This document shows, piece by piece, positions 1 through 13,233 of a stretch of 64,000 nucleotides of DNA. This DNA comes from Nageia nagi (lineage: Eukaryota; Plantae; Pinophyta): assembly GCA_050084985.1 (NCBI GenBank), contig JBITNC010000002.1, positions 28,458,001 through 28,522,000 of the forward strand, read 5' to 3'. Position numbers and translations under genes: made by a program. Position 1 is the first letter of the stretch. Each line of letters opens with the position of its first letter. The notes beneath the pieces are model-generated. The model was not told the origin of the DNA. It did no database searches and worked only from the letters and a program-made list of their open reading frames with translations.

Positions 1-2088
1 ACTCCTGTCATGTAATTAGATCCCCACGCCTCTATACCATAAAGCACCATCGAGGTAACTAGAGTGTGGAAGAGCTGCAATTTGGACTGGATGTCTTGAA
101 AGTGAAGCTGAACACATTGTCTCTCCATAGTGTTGACCACCGCATATCCTCGATTGACTCGAGTGGAGCTCACCCTCCTCGTAGAGAACCTAGGGCCTAA
201 GAAGAGCACACCCAGGTATGTGTAAGAGGTGGTGGACTCTATAGTACCATCTTTGAAGATGATCTGGGTTTGGTGAAATGTTGCCTTTGAGATGTTAAAA
301 GCCAAAACCTTAGTCTTGCTAAGGTTCACTGTAAGCTCTTGCTGAGCACTAAAAGAATCTAGAACATGGACCAAGTCCTGAAGACCCTCAGCTAAGTGGG
401 AGAAGAGCACAATGTCATCCACAAAGAGGAGGATAGGTACTCGACTACCATGAAGGAGACAATCCAAACCAAGATCCATACTCTCTAGGATGGAAGCCTC
501 TAACTCATTTATGTAGAGCCCAAACAAAGTCAGGGAAAGGAGGCATCCCTGCTTCACCCCAATCATGTTGAGGACACTATCTAAGAGTCCATCAGAAGTG
601 CAAATGCGAACTGAAAGGGTCTCGTACAATGTTATTATGGCTGTGAGATCAATCTCCAAAACTCCTAGTCATCTGAGTCGATCCATAAGTTTGTGCCGAG
701 GGACGATGTCAAAAACTTTTCTGAAGTCCATAGAACAACAAAAGATGAGGGACTTTCGGAATCTGGCCTCTTCTATGATTTCTCAAAGGGTAAAAGTATG
801 ATCTATGGTGCGATGATCTCATCGGAAACTTGTCTGCCCTCCTGCTTTAAACCCTTTATAAGCCAATTGAGAAAAGTAACCCTCAAGGACAGTAGCATAA
901 AGCTTGGCCAAGGTGTGACCAATCATGATGGTACGGTAGTTGCTCGGCTCTCAAGGTTACCGGATTTGAAAATAGGATGGATGATGTTTGTGGTCCAAGA
1001 GGCATGGAAACCAGAGTAGATGACATTATTGAAGAGCGTGGAAAGAAAGGACGAGAGGGTGAATTTGGCATGCTTAAGGAGTTTAGCCTGGAGGTTCTTG
1101 ATGTTGGGAGCTTTGCATAAACTAAGCTTTTTGATGGCATTATGGATGAGGGGGGGGGGGGGGGTGGGGGGGGAAGAAATATGAAGTAGGGGCATGAAGG
1201 AAGTAGGTGGGTGCTTTTTGGTGGGGGGCAATGTAAAGTTGGGAGGCGTACTTCGTCCAAGCATGGAGGGAGATGGAGCTTCGGATGTGCTTTTTAGGAG
1301 GGAAGGGGGGAGGGCAAGGAATATGGGTTAAGGGAGAGAATGACAAGTTAGCATGGTCGACCAGAGGAAGGCAAGGGGCCACACGTAAAGAATGAAGATG
1401 TGTATTGAGGGAGGAGCTAGAGAGGATGTAGTCTACTATGCTAAAGCCTCCTGCGTGGGGGAAACAGGTATGGTGACGAAACTAAGAAAACCAAGCAATT
1501 CCATTGAGGATCAAGAGGTCATGCGTCTCACCAAGTTCGAGTAGGAACCTACTATAACCTGAGGGGGGGGCGAATCTGCAAAGTCAATGCTACTATCATA
1601 GTAATTGTGTCTAAACACTCCCTGTCCTACCATTAAAGTAACCTAACAACAAGATCTCTCCTTGAATGGAGTACCTAGTGATCTCTGGATACAAGTCAAG
1701 GTAAGGGGACTCGCTTCATGAATGGCATAGATCGAAGACGCCAACAAGTAGCATCCAGTGATGAAGATCTCTTACGAGGTGGAGCCCTCGCAAGTGATAT
1801 CCAAATGTAGTAAGTGAGGGTGTCAGTACCCTCAACTCATATCCTAGAAAGTAAGTGATCTCTGATCAGAAAGGCCACTCCTTCTGAACCCCGACTCCTT
1901 ATGCCTATGCTGTAAAAGGATCTATAAGTATAAATCAAAGTGTACCCTGAAAAGAGGGGGAGCCCCTTAACCAAACTCTCATGCGTCTGTGAAAAAAATG
2001 TCAAGTCTGACTACAAAATGATATCTTGTATTGAGCTTGGAGAAGACCACAACATCCCATTGCAGTTCCAGACTAAGACTAAGAGCAT
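1..2088 (-). mobile_element. LINE ORF2 remnant (APE endonuclease + reverse transcriptase), frameshifted, continues off the left edge
   Basis: Minus-strand translation starts MLLVLVWNCNG (ATG 2086-2088), then QTHE and LILNG endonuclease motifs, IHPIFKSG, GVKQGCLLSLTLFGLYINEL and LLFVDDI (YADD-box equivalent). Confidence 0.9.
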
Positions 2089-2503
2089 GTCAAGCACGAA
2101 AGGGGACTCTAATCGGCATCATTTAGAGGTGGAGGGAATATCATTTTTTCTTGAACCACAACCAAAATAATTAAAACAATCAAAATACAAAGAGCAATCC
2201 AAATAATCAAAATGTTTAAGGTTCACCTCCACCTATTTCAAGGGCACAAACAAATTTAGAAACATCAAAATTGATAAAACAATTGGATCAAACTAAGGCT
2301 GAGATAAAACCATTAAAATTCAACGTGCTCCACATCACACTTACAAAGGTCTCAATTAAAACCCTCTTTCTCTAGCAATTCAAAATGCTCCTCTTCCATA
2401 TTAGTACAAATCTTCAACATCTGAAATGTTTAATTGAGAAGGAAATCAAAGATAAGATTTACTATTATTACTATTGTTTGAGAAAGAATATAGCATAGAT
2501 TTT

Positions 2504-3469
2504 TGTAATGTCCCCTTTTATGGGATGCCTCTTTTAGGAGTACTTTGGTAGTTAAGAGTGTTTATTTATTTATTGCATATGTATTTAGGCATCATTGTAA
2601 CTTAGGATAGGAGACACATGGGTCCCATGGACCAATTGTGAGCCCGTAAGTGGGCCGTCTCCCTCCTAAGAGTAGATTGGAGCATTTAAGTGTGAGAGTA
2701 CGGATCCCAAGGCACAACAAATGATTTGAGGCTAGGCACATGATTTGAAGTGATCTTAAGGCACAATCCAAATGCTCAAGCATGACATCACCTTGCGGGG
2801 TGTGTGAGCAACCAACCTTGGTGGATTCCTATTTACATGGCTGGCGCAAGGATGAGGAGGTATCATTGTGCATATTCAACATCTTCTATCTTCAAAGTGG
2901 CAACGCCATCTCTTGGGCCTCTCATTGGACGACAACCTAGTGTGGAGAAGAGCATAGTGGGCCGTAGCCCTCACTAAGCTATTGGCTAAGGACGGAAACC
3001 TAGACCATTCATGGCTGGCGCAGGGATGAGGAGGTATCATTGTGCATATTCGACATCTTCTATCTTCAAAGTGGCAACGCCATCTCTTAGGCCTCTCATT
3101 GGACGACAACCCAGTGTGGAGAAGAGCATAGTGGGGCATAGCCCTCACTAGGCTATTGGCTAAGGACGGAAACCTAGATCATTCAATGTTGCAATTAGAT
3201 CTGGGGGTTGAAGGCCCTACTAGCTAGACATTAACATTTGAGGAGCTTATGCCCTAGATCTAGTCTCTTGAACAAGACATCAATCCTCTAGGGCCTATTT
3301 GGCTGTAATATGATCATTTCTTGCTATATATTGATACGTTGGCATTTTTCCTCTATTCTTGCTTGTGCGTTGCATAATTTGTTGTGTGAATTCTAGATCC
3401 ATTTTATTTCTTGATTACTTGCTTAATTGCCTAATAATTTTGGAACAAGAAATAGTTTGGGATATTACA
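2504..3469 (+). repeat. 5' LTR, containing an internal ~173-bp tandem duplication (about 2837-3182)
   Basis: Aligns with 8201-8782; CATGGCTGGCGCA.GGATGAGGAGGTATCATTGTGC occurs at 2837 and 3010. Confidence 0.9.
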
Positions 3470-3470
3470 G

Positions 3471-3482
3471 TGGTATTAGAGC
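3471..3482 (+). promoter_or_regulatory. Primer binding site, tRNA-iMet type
   Basis: TGGTATTAGAGC just after the LTR end; one mismatch to canonical TGGTATCAGAGC. Confidence 0.85.
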
Positions 3483-3538
3483 TATAATCCTACCATCTTG
3501 AAAAGATTTACCAAAGGCAGAAACGAAGGAAGTCTCCC

Positions 3539-6500
3539 ATGGCACCTCACACCAGATCCAAGGAGGATGTAGGGAGGCAGCATGGAAATCCAACCCAACA
3601 AAGTTGGATGAATGAACCAGAACATGCTCATGGGGAGCAAGAAGCGCATGAAGAAAGAGAGATCCCACCCAAGGATACGACAAAGAAGAAGTTTAACAAT
3701 TTGTTATCCATGATGAAGACGATTGCAGATCAAATGAGCCTACAGAATGAGTGTGTGGCCAGAAGGGAGGCACAGGAGAGGGGCATAGGACCTGGAGAAA
3801 ACCCTAGGATGCCCCTTACACAAAGATCTACCTTTTCTTGTGAGAAGGAGCTAGAAGGGGAAGCATCCTTGCACAAATCTCATAAGAGAGATCTTGGAGA
3901 GGAGGAAGATTTCTTGCATAGATCCAAAGATTTAGGGCTTAACCAAGAAGGCCCAAGGTTTCAAGAAAGAGAACATGTGTTTCAATGATAAGAGAACATG
4001 TGTTTCAAAATCTCGATCGGCCAGAATGGTAGACAATGGAGGGTATTCTTTGTTTAGAACGAGATCTACCAAAGATCCCTTGGTTGGTGAGCCAATGTGG
4101 GAGAGATTCATGGAGAGAGATGCCTCAAAGATGGTCGCCACATCTCCACCTCTACCACATCCTAACAAACCCATGTTCAAGGCAAGAAAGCAGCACGAGC
4201 TTGATTTCACCATTGGAGCTCAATCAGTTGTCCCGAGAATACTCCTTGAACACACAAGAGTTCCAAAGTGATGTAAACTTCTCTTTGTATTTGGAATCTT
4301 TGGGCAAGAGAGCCAGTAGTAGTCATGCGCATGGTGGATCCAGGGAGAATAGGAGGGATCTACAATAGCGGTTGAGAAGGATGCCAGTGCCCTTGATCGA
4401 TGGGAGTGGCAAAATGACTGCCAAGCCATGGTTGCAAAAGTTACAAACGTATTTCATGCTCCGCCCCATGATAGAGGAGGATGTTGTACAGTTTGTCATC
4501 TTGCACTTGGACAACATAGCGTATGAAGTGGTGGCAGCATGGCATGACCACCCAAGGTTATAGGAAAATAACCTCATTTGATGTGTTCAGCTAGAAGATG
4601 ATGGATCGGTTCGATAGGAAAGATGAGGATGACTATTTCAAGGACCAGACTATAGTGAAGCAAAGAGGATCGGTGGACGAGTATATGGCAGAATTCCAAC
4701 CACTTGCAGTAATGGTTCTGAGTATCTCAGAAAAGATGGTCACTTTTCTCTTCATTGAAGGGTTGGCAGAGCCATTGTGAGGTTTAGTCAAAGCCTTCTA
4801 TGTAATGTCCCTATTTTTATGGTGTTTTCCCCATTTCACCACTGATAAATAGGAACATTAGATTAGGAGTATTTTTGCTTATTTTAGGTGTTATTTGGCC
4901 AATTAATTGTAAGTTCCACTTGGAGAGTAGTTTAGTACTCCAATTATGGAACGTTGGGCCCTTAGCATATTATGTATAGTTGAGTGTCCAAATATGCCAA
5001 TAATGATGTATTTATGATACCAAGGCCATTATAATTAGAAATGCAATATTAATCTCCAATAATTAGGAGTTGTGTATTCTTAGCCTTGATGATTGTAATA
5101 TTGGCATTAGATGGTCCTCTTGTCATTAATGCCCCCCTCTTCAAGGTAGAGCATACATCAAGGTGATTACACCAACTTCGAGGCACTATGAAGATTCCTA
5201 TGCTTGGACGTGGCTCTTCTAGAGAGAAATATAACATCACAAGGCATTAGAGAGCTCACACACATGGATGTTGGGCTTATGAGGACATCTAGACCCCGCG
5301 TTGAGCATTTGGGCATCCCTAGGCCCCACATCTCACCCTTTTAGGATTGCTATCTCATGTGTTGATACCGAGACACATTGAAGTCTCCCCTTGTCCAATG
5401 TTGGCATTCTTGGCCCTTAGATGTGATTACTCCCATCCCAAGGCATTGAGAACACAAGGATCACTCTTGAAAGACATTGGATCAAATCAACTCAAAATTA
5501 GAAGATGAACCACTTCGTTTATAAAAGGAGGATGCCTGAAACACAAGAGATATGTTGAATATTTGATTAAACCCCCCTTTTGAAATTGAGTTTGAGAACT
5601 CTATCTTTGCCACTTGTAGGTGCCAATCTGCATTTGAGGTCTTGAGGTGATTGAAGACTAGCCTCTTGTTCCATCGTTAGAGAGGTAGAGAAGCCCTGGG
5701 CTTGGCCTTGTCGCTTTGCGACTAGTGAGGCCCTAGAGCCATCTACAATAACCCTATTGGAGGCAACCTCAGTGTAAGCTCCTTAGGTACAAAAATACCA
5801 ATCCTTGCAACACTCTATCAAGCTATTCTAATTGAGGTTCTCTCTTATTCATAATACAATCACCTTGTCTTGTTGTCATTTGCTATTGTCTCGTAATTGC
5901 TTGGACGTTGGATTTGGAAGTGTGTTTGGCATTGGTTATTCATGTTTGGCTTCCTAATCATCTACATTGCGCAATTAAGTATAATTGTGGATTGTTTACT
6001 ACATTCTTGCCATCAATAGCTAGACGTTGGATGTATTGTGTCGTTTTGTGCTTGATTGGTAAGATTTGGAGGTTAAAGGCAAACGTCTCTCTCCTAGGGC
6101 ACATTTGAGCATGAGCCAAAGGTTTGGGTTCATCACATTCTCCCCTACGCAGCTTTAAGATGCCATGAAGAGAGCGTTGCATTTGGAGCCTAGCATGATG
6201 AGGGTCAAAGCAACGATGCCACCAAGGATGGGGACGTCTGGGAGAGGGACGATGGAGATGGGTCCTCCACTGGCCAAAAGAAGCCAAATATCTGGAGAAA
6301 GCAAGGCAAGTTTAGAATCCATAAATGAGCTAAGGAAGAAGAATCTATGCTTCAATTGTAAGTAGCCTTAGGAGTGTGGCCATAAATGTCTGGGTAAAGG
6401 ACAAGTCCATCACATTGAGATAATTTTAGAGGATGATGATTCAAATTTGGAGCTGGAATTGGGAGAATTGAGTTTGCAGCCAAAAAACCCTACTTCGAAC

Positions 6501-6930
6501 AACAAGAACGCCATTGGAGGAATGATTGCCTCACTTTGTGGAGTACCCAAATATTTCACGTTGAAGGTCAAGGGGATGGCCACCAATTAGGAGGTGACGA
6601 TGCTAATTGATCTTGGAGCCACTCATAATTTCATTGATGAGGAGGTTGTGCAAAATAAGGGGCTCAAAACCAAAGAGTTCGAAGTCTTTCACATCACGAA
6701 TGCCAATGGGAAGCTCACATTAGTAGATAAAATCGTGGAGAAATTCAGAGTGAGAATCCAAGATTATGTGACCAAGGAGAACTTTTACATCTTCCCCTTG
6801 GATGGCATTCTAAATTTGCTTTTGGAAGTACAGTGGTTGTACAATTTGGATGATATTCGCTCAAACTATTAGAAGTTAGTGATGAAGTTTGAGGTGGAAG
6901 GGAAGGAGTATACATTGCAAGGCATCAAGG
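3539..6930 (+). pseudogene. Gypsy gag-protease pseudogene interrupted by a solo LTR
   Basis: WLQKLQTYF...LHLD, FDRKDEDDYF, LFIEGLAEPL, zinc knuckle LCFNCK..GHKC, protease LIDLGATHNFI; many stops. Confidence 0.88.
4801..6137. mobile_element. Solo LTR inserted in gag
   Basis: TGTAATG...CATCACA termini, TSD TTCTA/TTCTC; the gag frame (VKAF|SPTQL) resumes across it. Confidence 0.85.
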
Positions 6931-6939
6931 ACTACTTTC

Positions 6940-8190
6940 CAAGGAATCATCCAATCATTTGGAGGTGGTATATGGAGGTGGACGACTAGGCTAGGTGGAC
7001 GTCACATCTAACAAAGAAGGATGCGCATGGGAGGGGTCACGTGGTGATGAGGAGTCCATAGAAGAAGGATGTCATGCTTTAGGGAAAATAGAGGAGAGAA
7101 GATCAATGAGTTTAGAGAAACCAATCACTACCTTGATACATTCCGTCCATCCTTTGGCTCACTTGGATGATGCATGGGTTGATTATAAAAGTTGTGGCAA
7201 AAGGTATGACTCACATGATATATTTGCCTTGTTGATTTCTAACTATATTTTGAGCTTGGTTCATGATAGAGTTTGATAGAAGGTTGGGACCAATGAGGTG
7301 ATTGTGGTACCTCCAATGTCCACATTGGAAAGAATGTGGGGCACATGTTTGGACGTTGCACCAATGGAGGTTTTGAGGAATGTTGATAACCCCTTTCCTG
7401 CACTTGTCCCTTTGGAAGACAGTGTGGATGTTGGCATGCTTGCATGGGGGTTTGCATTGAGGGTGTTGGATAATGTCCATACCTTTACAAGAGGGGCATT
7501 AATGATCTTCTTCAATATTACCCACTACAGGATTGAAAACTTCAAGAAGTGGGCAGATTAGTTGTGTGAAATCATGGCTGCATTTAATGATGAGTTTGTG
7601 TTGTAAAGCATTTATATTTATGACTTCTAGTTAGGATGGTTTGGCTGCCACATTTTGGGGACCCTTTGGCCAAGTCTTGGTAGTTACCCACCATTCCTCA
7701 TGGACTGCATTGGAAGGAAGCTTGACCACAAGGGGCACGACATGGACATTCATGGGCACTATCGAGGATAATTCATTTGCAACTCAATTTGGAGATGATG
7801 GCGTAGGTGAAGACCCAACGTTGGCAATCCTCCTGCCAAACATTGACACATGCCTTAGGTTTGTGTGTTACTATTTGAGAATGGAGAGAGGAGCTATTAT
7901 TCCATTTGCACTTTCAGTTTGTGACCCATCCGACATCAAAGCTAAGCATGGGAGACATGTGTTAGTACATTTCATATATATTAATATGAAAACTAGACAT
8001 GAGTTACTAGATTTCATATATGCCCACATGAAGAACATGATGAATGAAAAAACATGATGAAGACGGTACTTCAACAATCAATCAAGACATGTATGAATCT
8101 TGATGTTGCCAATAAAGTATTGAAGACAAAACTACCTACAGAGTTGATGACAAATGACAATCTTACATTGCTTGAGCTCAAGTAATTCAA
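6940..8190 (+). other. Unidentified coding-like cargo in place of pol
   Basis: Chained degenerate ORFs 6995-7276, 7298-7561 and 7641-8057 with no RT/RH/INT motifs, lying between protease and 3' LTR. Confidence 0.6.
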
Positions 8191-8200
8191 GAAGTAGGAC

Positions 8201-8782
8201 TGTAACGTCCCCTTCCCCTTTCATGGGACGTCTCTTTTAGGAGTACTTTGTTAGTTAGGAGTGTTTATTTATTTATTGCATATGTATTTAGGCATTATTG
8301 TAACTTAGGATAGGAGACACATGGGTCCCATGGACCGATTGTGAGCCCATAAGTGGGATGTCTCCCTTCCAAGAGTAGATTAGAGCATTTACGTGTGATA
8401 GTAAGGATCCCAAGGCACAATGCATGATTTGGAGGGATCCTAAGGCACAATCTGAACGCCCAAGCATGGCATCACCTTGAAGGGTGTGTAAGCGCCAAAC
8501 CTTGGGGGATTCCTATTTACATGGTTGGTGTAGGGATGAGGAGGTATCATTGTGCCCTAGATTTGATCCGATCTGATCCCTTGAGCCAGATGTCAACCCT
8601 CTAGGGCCTATTTGGTTGTAATTTGATCATGTCTTGCCATATACCGAGTCGTTGGCATTTATCCTCTATTCTTGCTTGTGCGTTGCATAATTTATGGTGT
8701 GAATGCTAGATCTATTTCATTTCTTGCTTATTAGCTTAATTGCCTAATAATTTTGTAACAAGAAATAGTTTGGGATATTATA
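8201..8782 (+). repeat. 3' LTR (shorter, lacks the duplicated block)
   Basis: Colinear with 2504-3469; followed by TSD ATTTT. Confidence 0.9.
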
Positions 8783-9147
8783 ATTTTGGCAATGCCAACA
8801 AAGTAATTGTTAGAATAATAATACATTAGTGGTTAATTGTAGATTAATGGAAAGGTTCCACAAGGCATCAGGATCGGGGGAATGCATTAGGAATGAGGAA
8901 TTTGTCTAATTTTAATAGGCAATGGGGGAACATGTTCCCAAGTACTGCGAACACCTCCTCCAAGGGGAGGAACGCATTCCCATGTTACCCTAATTAATGG
9001 TTAATTATAGATATATATTATTTTTAGGAACAATTTTCTATTTTTAAGTTCGAATTGGGCTAAATTTTGCAGTTTTAGGCTTGAATCTCGAAAACTCCTG
9101 TATAGAATCTATGTAAAGTGGATGATTACTTGATTTTTTGAGTAAAA

Positions 9148-10620
9148 ATGGCACAAAGTGTTCCAATAATCCTCCTTTCTAACTCTCAAGTCTTGAAAGG
9201 AAACAATTACGCTGCCTGGAAAACAAAAATTCGAGCCATTCTTGAATTTGAAGGTTTGTGGGACATTGTTGATGGGATTGAGAAATGGCCAAAAATTGTT
9301 GGAGATCAACAACAAGAGTTTGATCAATGCAACAGAAAAGCGTGTATGATCCTCCTTGGAATCTCGAATGATGTCCAACCTCATGTTTGTGATTCCAAGG
9401 ATGTTGCAGAAGCCTATAAGGAATTGAAGCAAATGTTTGAATCAAAGAATCAAAATCAAATTCATCTTCAAGGATAGTTACACAATTTAAAACTGAAAGG
9501 TGGGGACAAGTTAGAATCCTTTCTTCATTGAGTTGTGGAAATGTGTGCCTCCCTACAAGCATTAGAAGAGATAGTGGAAGATAAGCTCCTTGTACCCATT
9601 ATCTTGAGAGTACTCCTGGATTCATATCACATCTTGTGAAATTCTTGAACATCACCAAACAAAAGCCAAAATTTGAAGAGTTGGTGTTGGTGAATATTTT
9701 GCAACAAGAAGAGGCCTTCCATGAGAAATCAAATGAAGAAGAGCATGCAATGGTGTCCACTCAAAAAGACAAGAAGCAACATAAGGGAAAAGGCAATTCA
9801 TAAGACACCAACACATAGAAAAAGAGTTATTTGATTTGCAAAAAGAAGGGGCATGAATTGCAAGATTGTTGGTACAATTCTTTCACTTAAGACTCTTCAA
9901 GTGATAAGAATCAAAACCATAAAGTACCACCTCCCAAGAAAAAAGGAGAATGAAGAAATCAACGACCACAAGGGAAACAAGGGAATGTTGCTAATGCTAA
10001 AGAAGAAGAGGAGACATAAGATTTTTCTCTTGCCCATCATTACGAGAAACCATCCATAACCACCACTTGGTAAGTGTATTTTAGTGCTACCAAGCACATG
10101 ATTTGCCGAAAGGATTGGTTCGTTTCTTTGAATGAAAAATCCTATCTTGATCAACTACAATTAGGAGATGGCATACCCTATGCCATTAAGGGGAAAGGAA
10201 ATGTGCAAATTCATCTTGGGAAGCATAATTGTCAAATTAAGGTCTTGTATGTGTCATACCTTAAAAAGAATCTCTTGTCTTTTGATCAAATGTTAGATCA
10301 CAACCTTAGAGTGGAGTTTGATACTTTGGATGGGAAGAAACATCGTCTCATTTGAGACAAATCCAAAGATTCTCAAATTGTGGCTTGGGCAATAGGAGTT
10401 GTGAAGATGGTGCTCATTGTTAATGTTTCAGATGACACCTCTCTTCAGCATTGCATATATGGACACATGAATTCCAACTACTTGATTACCTTTCAACAGA
10501 AGAAGATGGTCCATGGTCTTCCCTCTATTACTTCTACACCTATTTGTGTTTTTTGCATCTCAAGAAAACAACATAGGGTACCTTTTGAGAATAGCACCCA
10601 TTATGCTCAGGGAAGCGCTT
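9148..10620 (+). mobile_element. Ty1/Copia fragment (gag, zinc knuckle, protease, GAG-pre-integrase), truncated
   Basis: LKGNNYAAWKTKIRAILEFEGLWDIVDG; ATKHMIC; VLYVSYLKKNLLS; YGHMN...VHGLP...C..C..KQHR. Confidence 0.85.
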
Positions 10621-11150
10621 AATCTCTCATACTTGGCACCTGATAAGGACCCATCATATTACATCTTTCTTTTGAATCTCCTTAGTTGTGGGAACCCATA
10701 AGAGACGACCCTCCTCATTCTCTTCCTATGTGTTGCACCATGAAACGCCTTCAAGTTGCCCAAGCTCTTATGGGAACTCATCAAATCTCATCCTTCTTCC
10801 CCCCAGGAGCAACACGTCAAAATGACACATAGTGACCAGCAAGCCCCCCCCCCCCCCCTTCTTCGTTGAGCATATTCGAGCGCCCATACACTACCCCACA
10901 TAGAGGCCCAAGGAAGTCCCCCCTTGACCATTTTATGCTTTGTTTTGATACCCTATTTGTATCGCTATATTTAGTTGTTTTTATTCTAGCTATTATTACT
11001 TTATTTTAGCATTAGTGTAGACCTTTTAAGGGCCTTGCTGGTTACTTGTACATTATTATAGACTCTGGTCCCAATGACTGATTTTGGTCACCCGTGGATA
11101 TTAATATATTTTGATTTTCTCTCTTTCTCATTACCTCTTCCATCTATTGA
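10620..11150 (+). repeat. Probable LINE 3'-tail remnant
   Basis: TTTTGGTCACCC...AATAT tail resembles 40575-40700; similarity judged by eye. Confidence 0.4.
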
Positions 11151-11169
11151 TTGCTAATAGAATACAGGC

Positions 11170-11800
11170 CCCTCGTGATCTTCAATAGCTTTCAACACAA
11201 ACGGGCAATCTTTCTTATCATGCCAAATAGATCTACACACATCACACTCACATATCTAGAAGTCTATTATCCATAGAAATTGCCTTGCCCGATGACTTCC
11301 TAATGCCTAACAAACCTTGAACTAGTTTATGGGGATCCTTTGACTGCTGATAGACCTGCTCCATCTCAACGAAAACAAATGCTCTTAGCATGGCCTTCAC
11401 AAAAATCTTTGCACCATAGAAGTGGCTCACCTATTCTCTATAACTACAAGTCTGTGTGTTGCTGCAAATTCTGCAATTGATTTTCAATTGAAACTTAGAT
11501 TGGGTTTGCAAGATTTTAAACAAATGTGCTACCAATCACCTAGATTTCAACTTTCATAGTCATCGGGACTATTATTTTCAGCGTTTCCACATCCTCCTTT
11601 AGAAATATTTACTTTCAACATGACTACAATCCACAAATAAATAATTCTGCTTGTTGAGCATTAGCCTACCACGTATGACATTTCTGAAGTTCAAAACCTA
11701 CAATCATAACCTTCCAACAACTCATTTAGTATGTGCCAATGACCTCAGTTAGGCTCTTCTTAGATCGTTGTATCATGTATGTGATTGAATAGTTTCAAAT
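11170..11800 (-). mobile_element. L1-type LINE ORF1 remnant
   Basis: Minus frames give RIGEPLL, RAFVFVEME and the zinc knuckle CDVCRSIWHDKKDC (CX2CX4HX4C). Confidence 0.6.
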
Positions 11801-13108
11801 ATTTTGTTTTTATTTCATCAGACAAAATACATAAACCAAGTGAGGGCATCTTCACTCTGCATGGCTGAGAACTGCTGCTTCTTATGTTTGCATCACTCAC
11901 ATTTCTCAATTTCCAGTAGATATTGAACAGCTTCAATTTTTGATATTTAATCTATATTTCACTCATTTGTAAGTGATTTTCTTACTTATCACAATGGTGG
12001 AGATCCCCCTAGCAATCATAGTGAAGTCAACATAGCTATAAGCTCGCTCTTGTAAGCCTGGAATTTCTCAATGATCAAATTTGCAAGCAGCTATTCAAAT
12101 ATATTTGAATCTCTCCAACTGATCAAAACAACATTCTTCAAATATTCTTTAGTGGGCTTCCAGACTTCACTACTACTTCTAGACATAAACCTAGAAGGTC
12201 CCACATACCGAACCAATTGTTAGCATAGTTCATGCATTAATCCAAACTCATACCCCATGAGATGGATTTAACCTTAGAAACATAACAAAAATCATATTCA
12301 ACATGAAAGCAAAGCAAAAGAAATGAGCATTCATTTGAGGACATTTGAACAGTTACATAAGACAAAGGGATATCTTATTACTCCAAGAAGTCTATACAAC
12401 AACAGATCCCTATATATCCCTAGAAACTAGTTACATTGTATAAGTCCTTTGTCGAAACAAAATTTTATGACCCCCAAACAACTGTCACCATTGGCAGACA
12501 ACTGTCATAACTGCTCATTGGCAGTCAGCTATATCAACTATCATCAGCATCGGCATCAGCAGGTAGCCATCTTTTGGCATTTAGATCAACACTCTGGTGA
12601 TCATTATCATTGCCGATTGGCACCATCACTATAGTAGATGCAGACTGATTCAAAATTCCTACCAACATAACTTTTCATTTAATTATTATGAATAAGCTAT
12701 CTAGTAGCATTGCTTTTCATTTAATTATTATGGATAACTTTTCATTGTGTTACTTGTTAGATAGTATCAAAATTTAGGACTTTTTATTGTGACCATAACT
12801 TACTTTTAAGAAATCATGAAGAATTGTGCTCTAAAGTATAAAAAAGGAACTTTCAGATTGAAATATTTTTGAAATATATAAAACTTGAGAAAGTCAAATG
12901 ATTATATTTATTCTAAGGGCTTAGGAGATAGAAATATCTACTACAAGAGAAAACAATAACATAGTAAGACTAGAGATAGAAATATTTATTACACAAGAAA
13001 AGAATAACATAGTATGACTACAAAAATCAGTTTATAACCAAACAGTTCTCCAATGGAGAATTAAGAGTGATAAAAAATAGAAAGAGGAAATCATTAAAGT
13101 TCTCTTAC

Positions 13109-13233
13109 CGATATTTGTGGCAGGTAGTATTGCATATTTTTGGACTACATTGTTCAACACAGAGAGTACCATTTTTGTATATGGACTTTAACATTCCTGA
13201 AATTGTATGAGTGGAGGCGTTATAATGCAATCC
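13109..13233 (-). CDS. Host NCS2/NAT (UapA-like) purine permease, third visible exon: GLHYNASTHTISGMLKSIYKNGTLCVEQCSPKICNTTCHKY(R)
   Basis: CAG acceptor (13234-13236), GTAAG donor, open frame; phase-0 continuation of exon 28957-29073 that completes a symmetric Cys motif. Confidence 0.8.

Larger units (their letters stand above)
2504..8782 (+). mobile_element. Non-autonomous Ty3/Gypsy LTR retrotransposon (gag + protease + unidentified cargo, no RT/RH/INT)
   Basis: LTRs 2504-3469 (TGTAATG...GATATTACA) and 8201-8782 (TGTAACG...GATATTATA), 5-bp TSD ATTTT on both sides, PBS TGGTATTAGAGC, gag and protease remnants. Confidence 0.92.

Noticed and set aside
883-1382. Proline-rich (extensin-like) ORFs
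   Set aside because: They arise from a poly-G tract and alternative frames of the LINE ORF2 linker.
7490-7560. SNF2/DDM1/CLSY-like fragment (ENFKKWAD)
   Set aside because: Too short and lacks the conserved preceding Trp; not supportable.
11248-11430. Next host permease exon (has AG/GT-like ends)
   Set aside because: There is no NCS2 similarity; it is explained as L1 ORF1 with a zinc knuckle.
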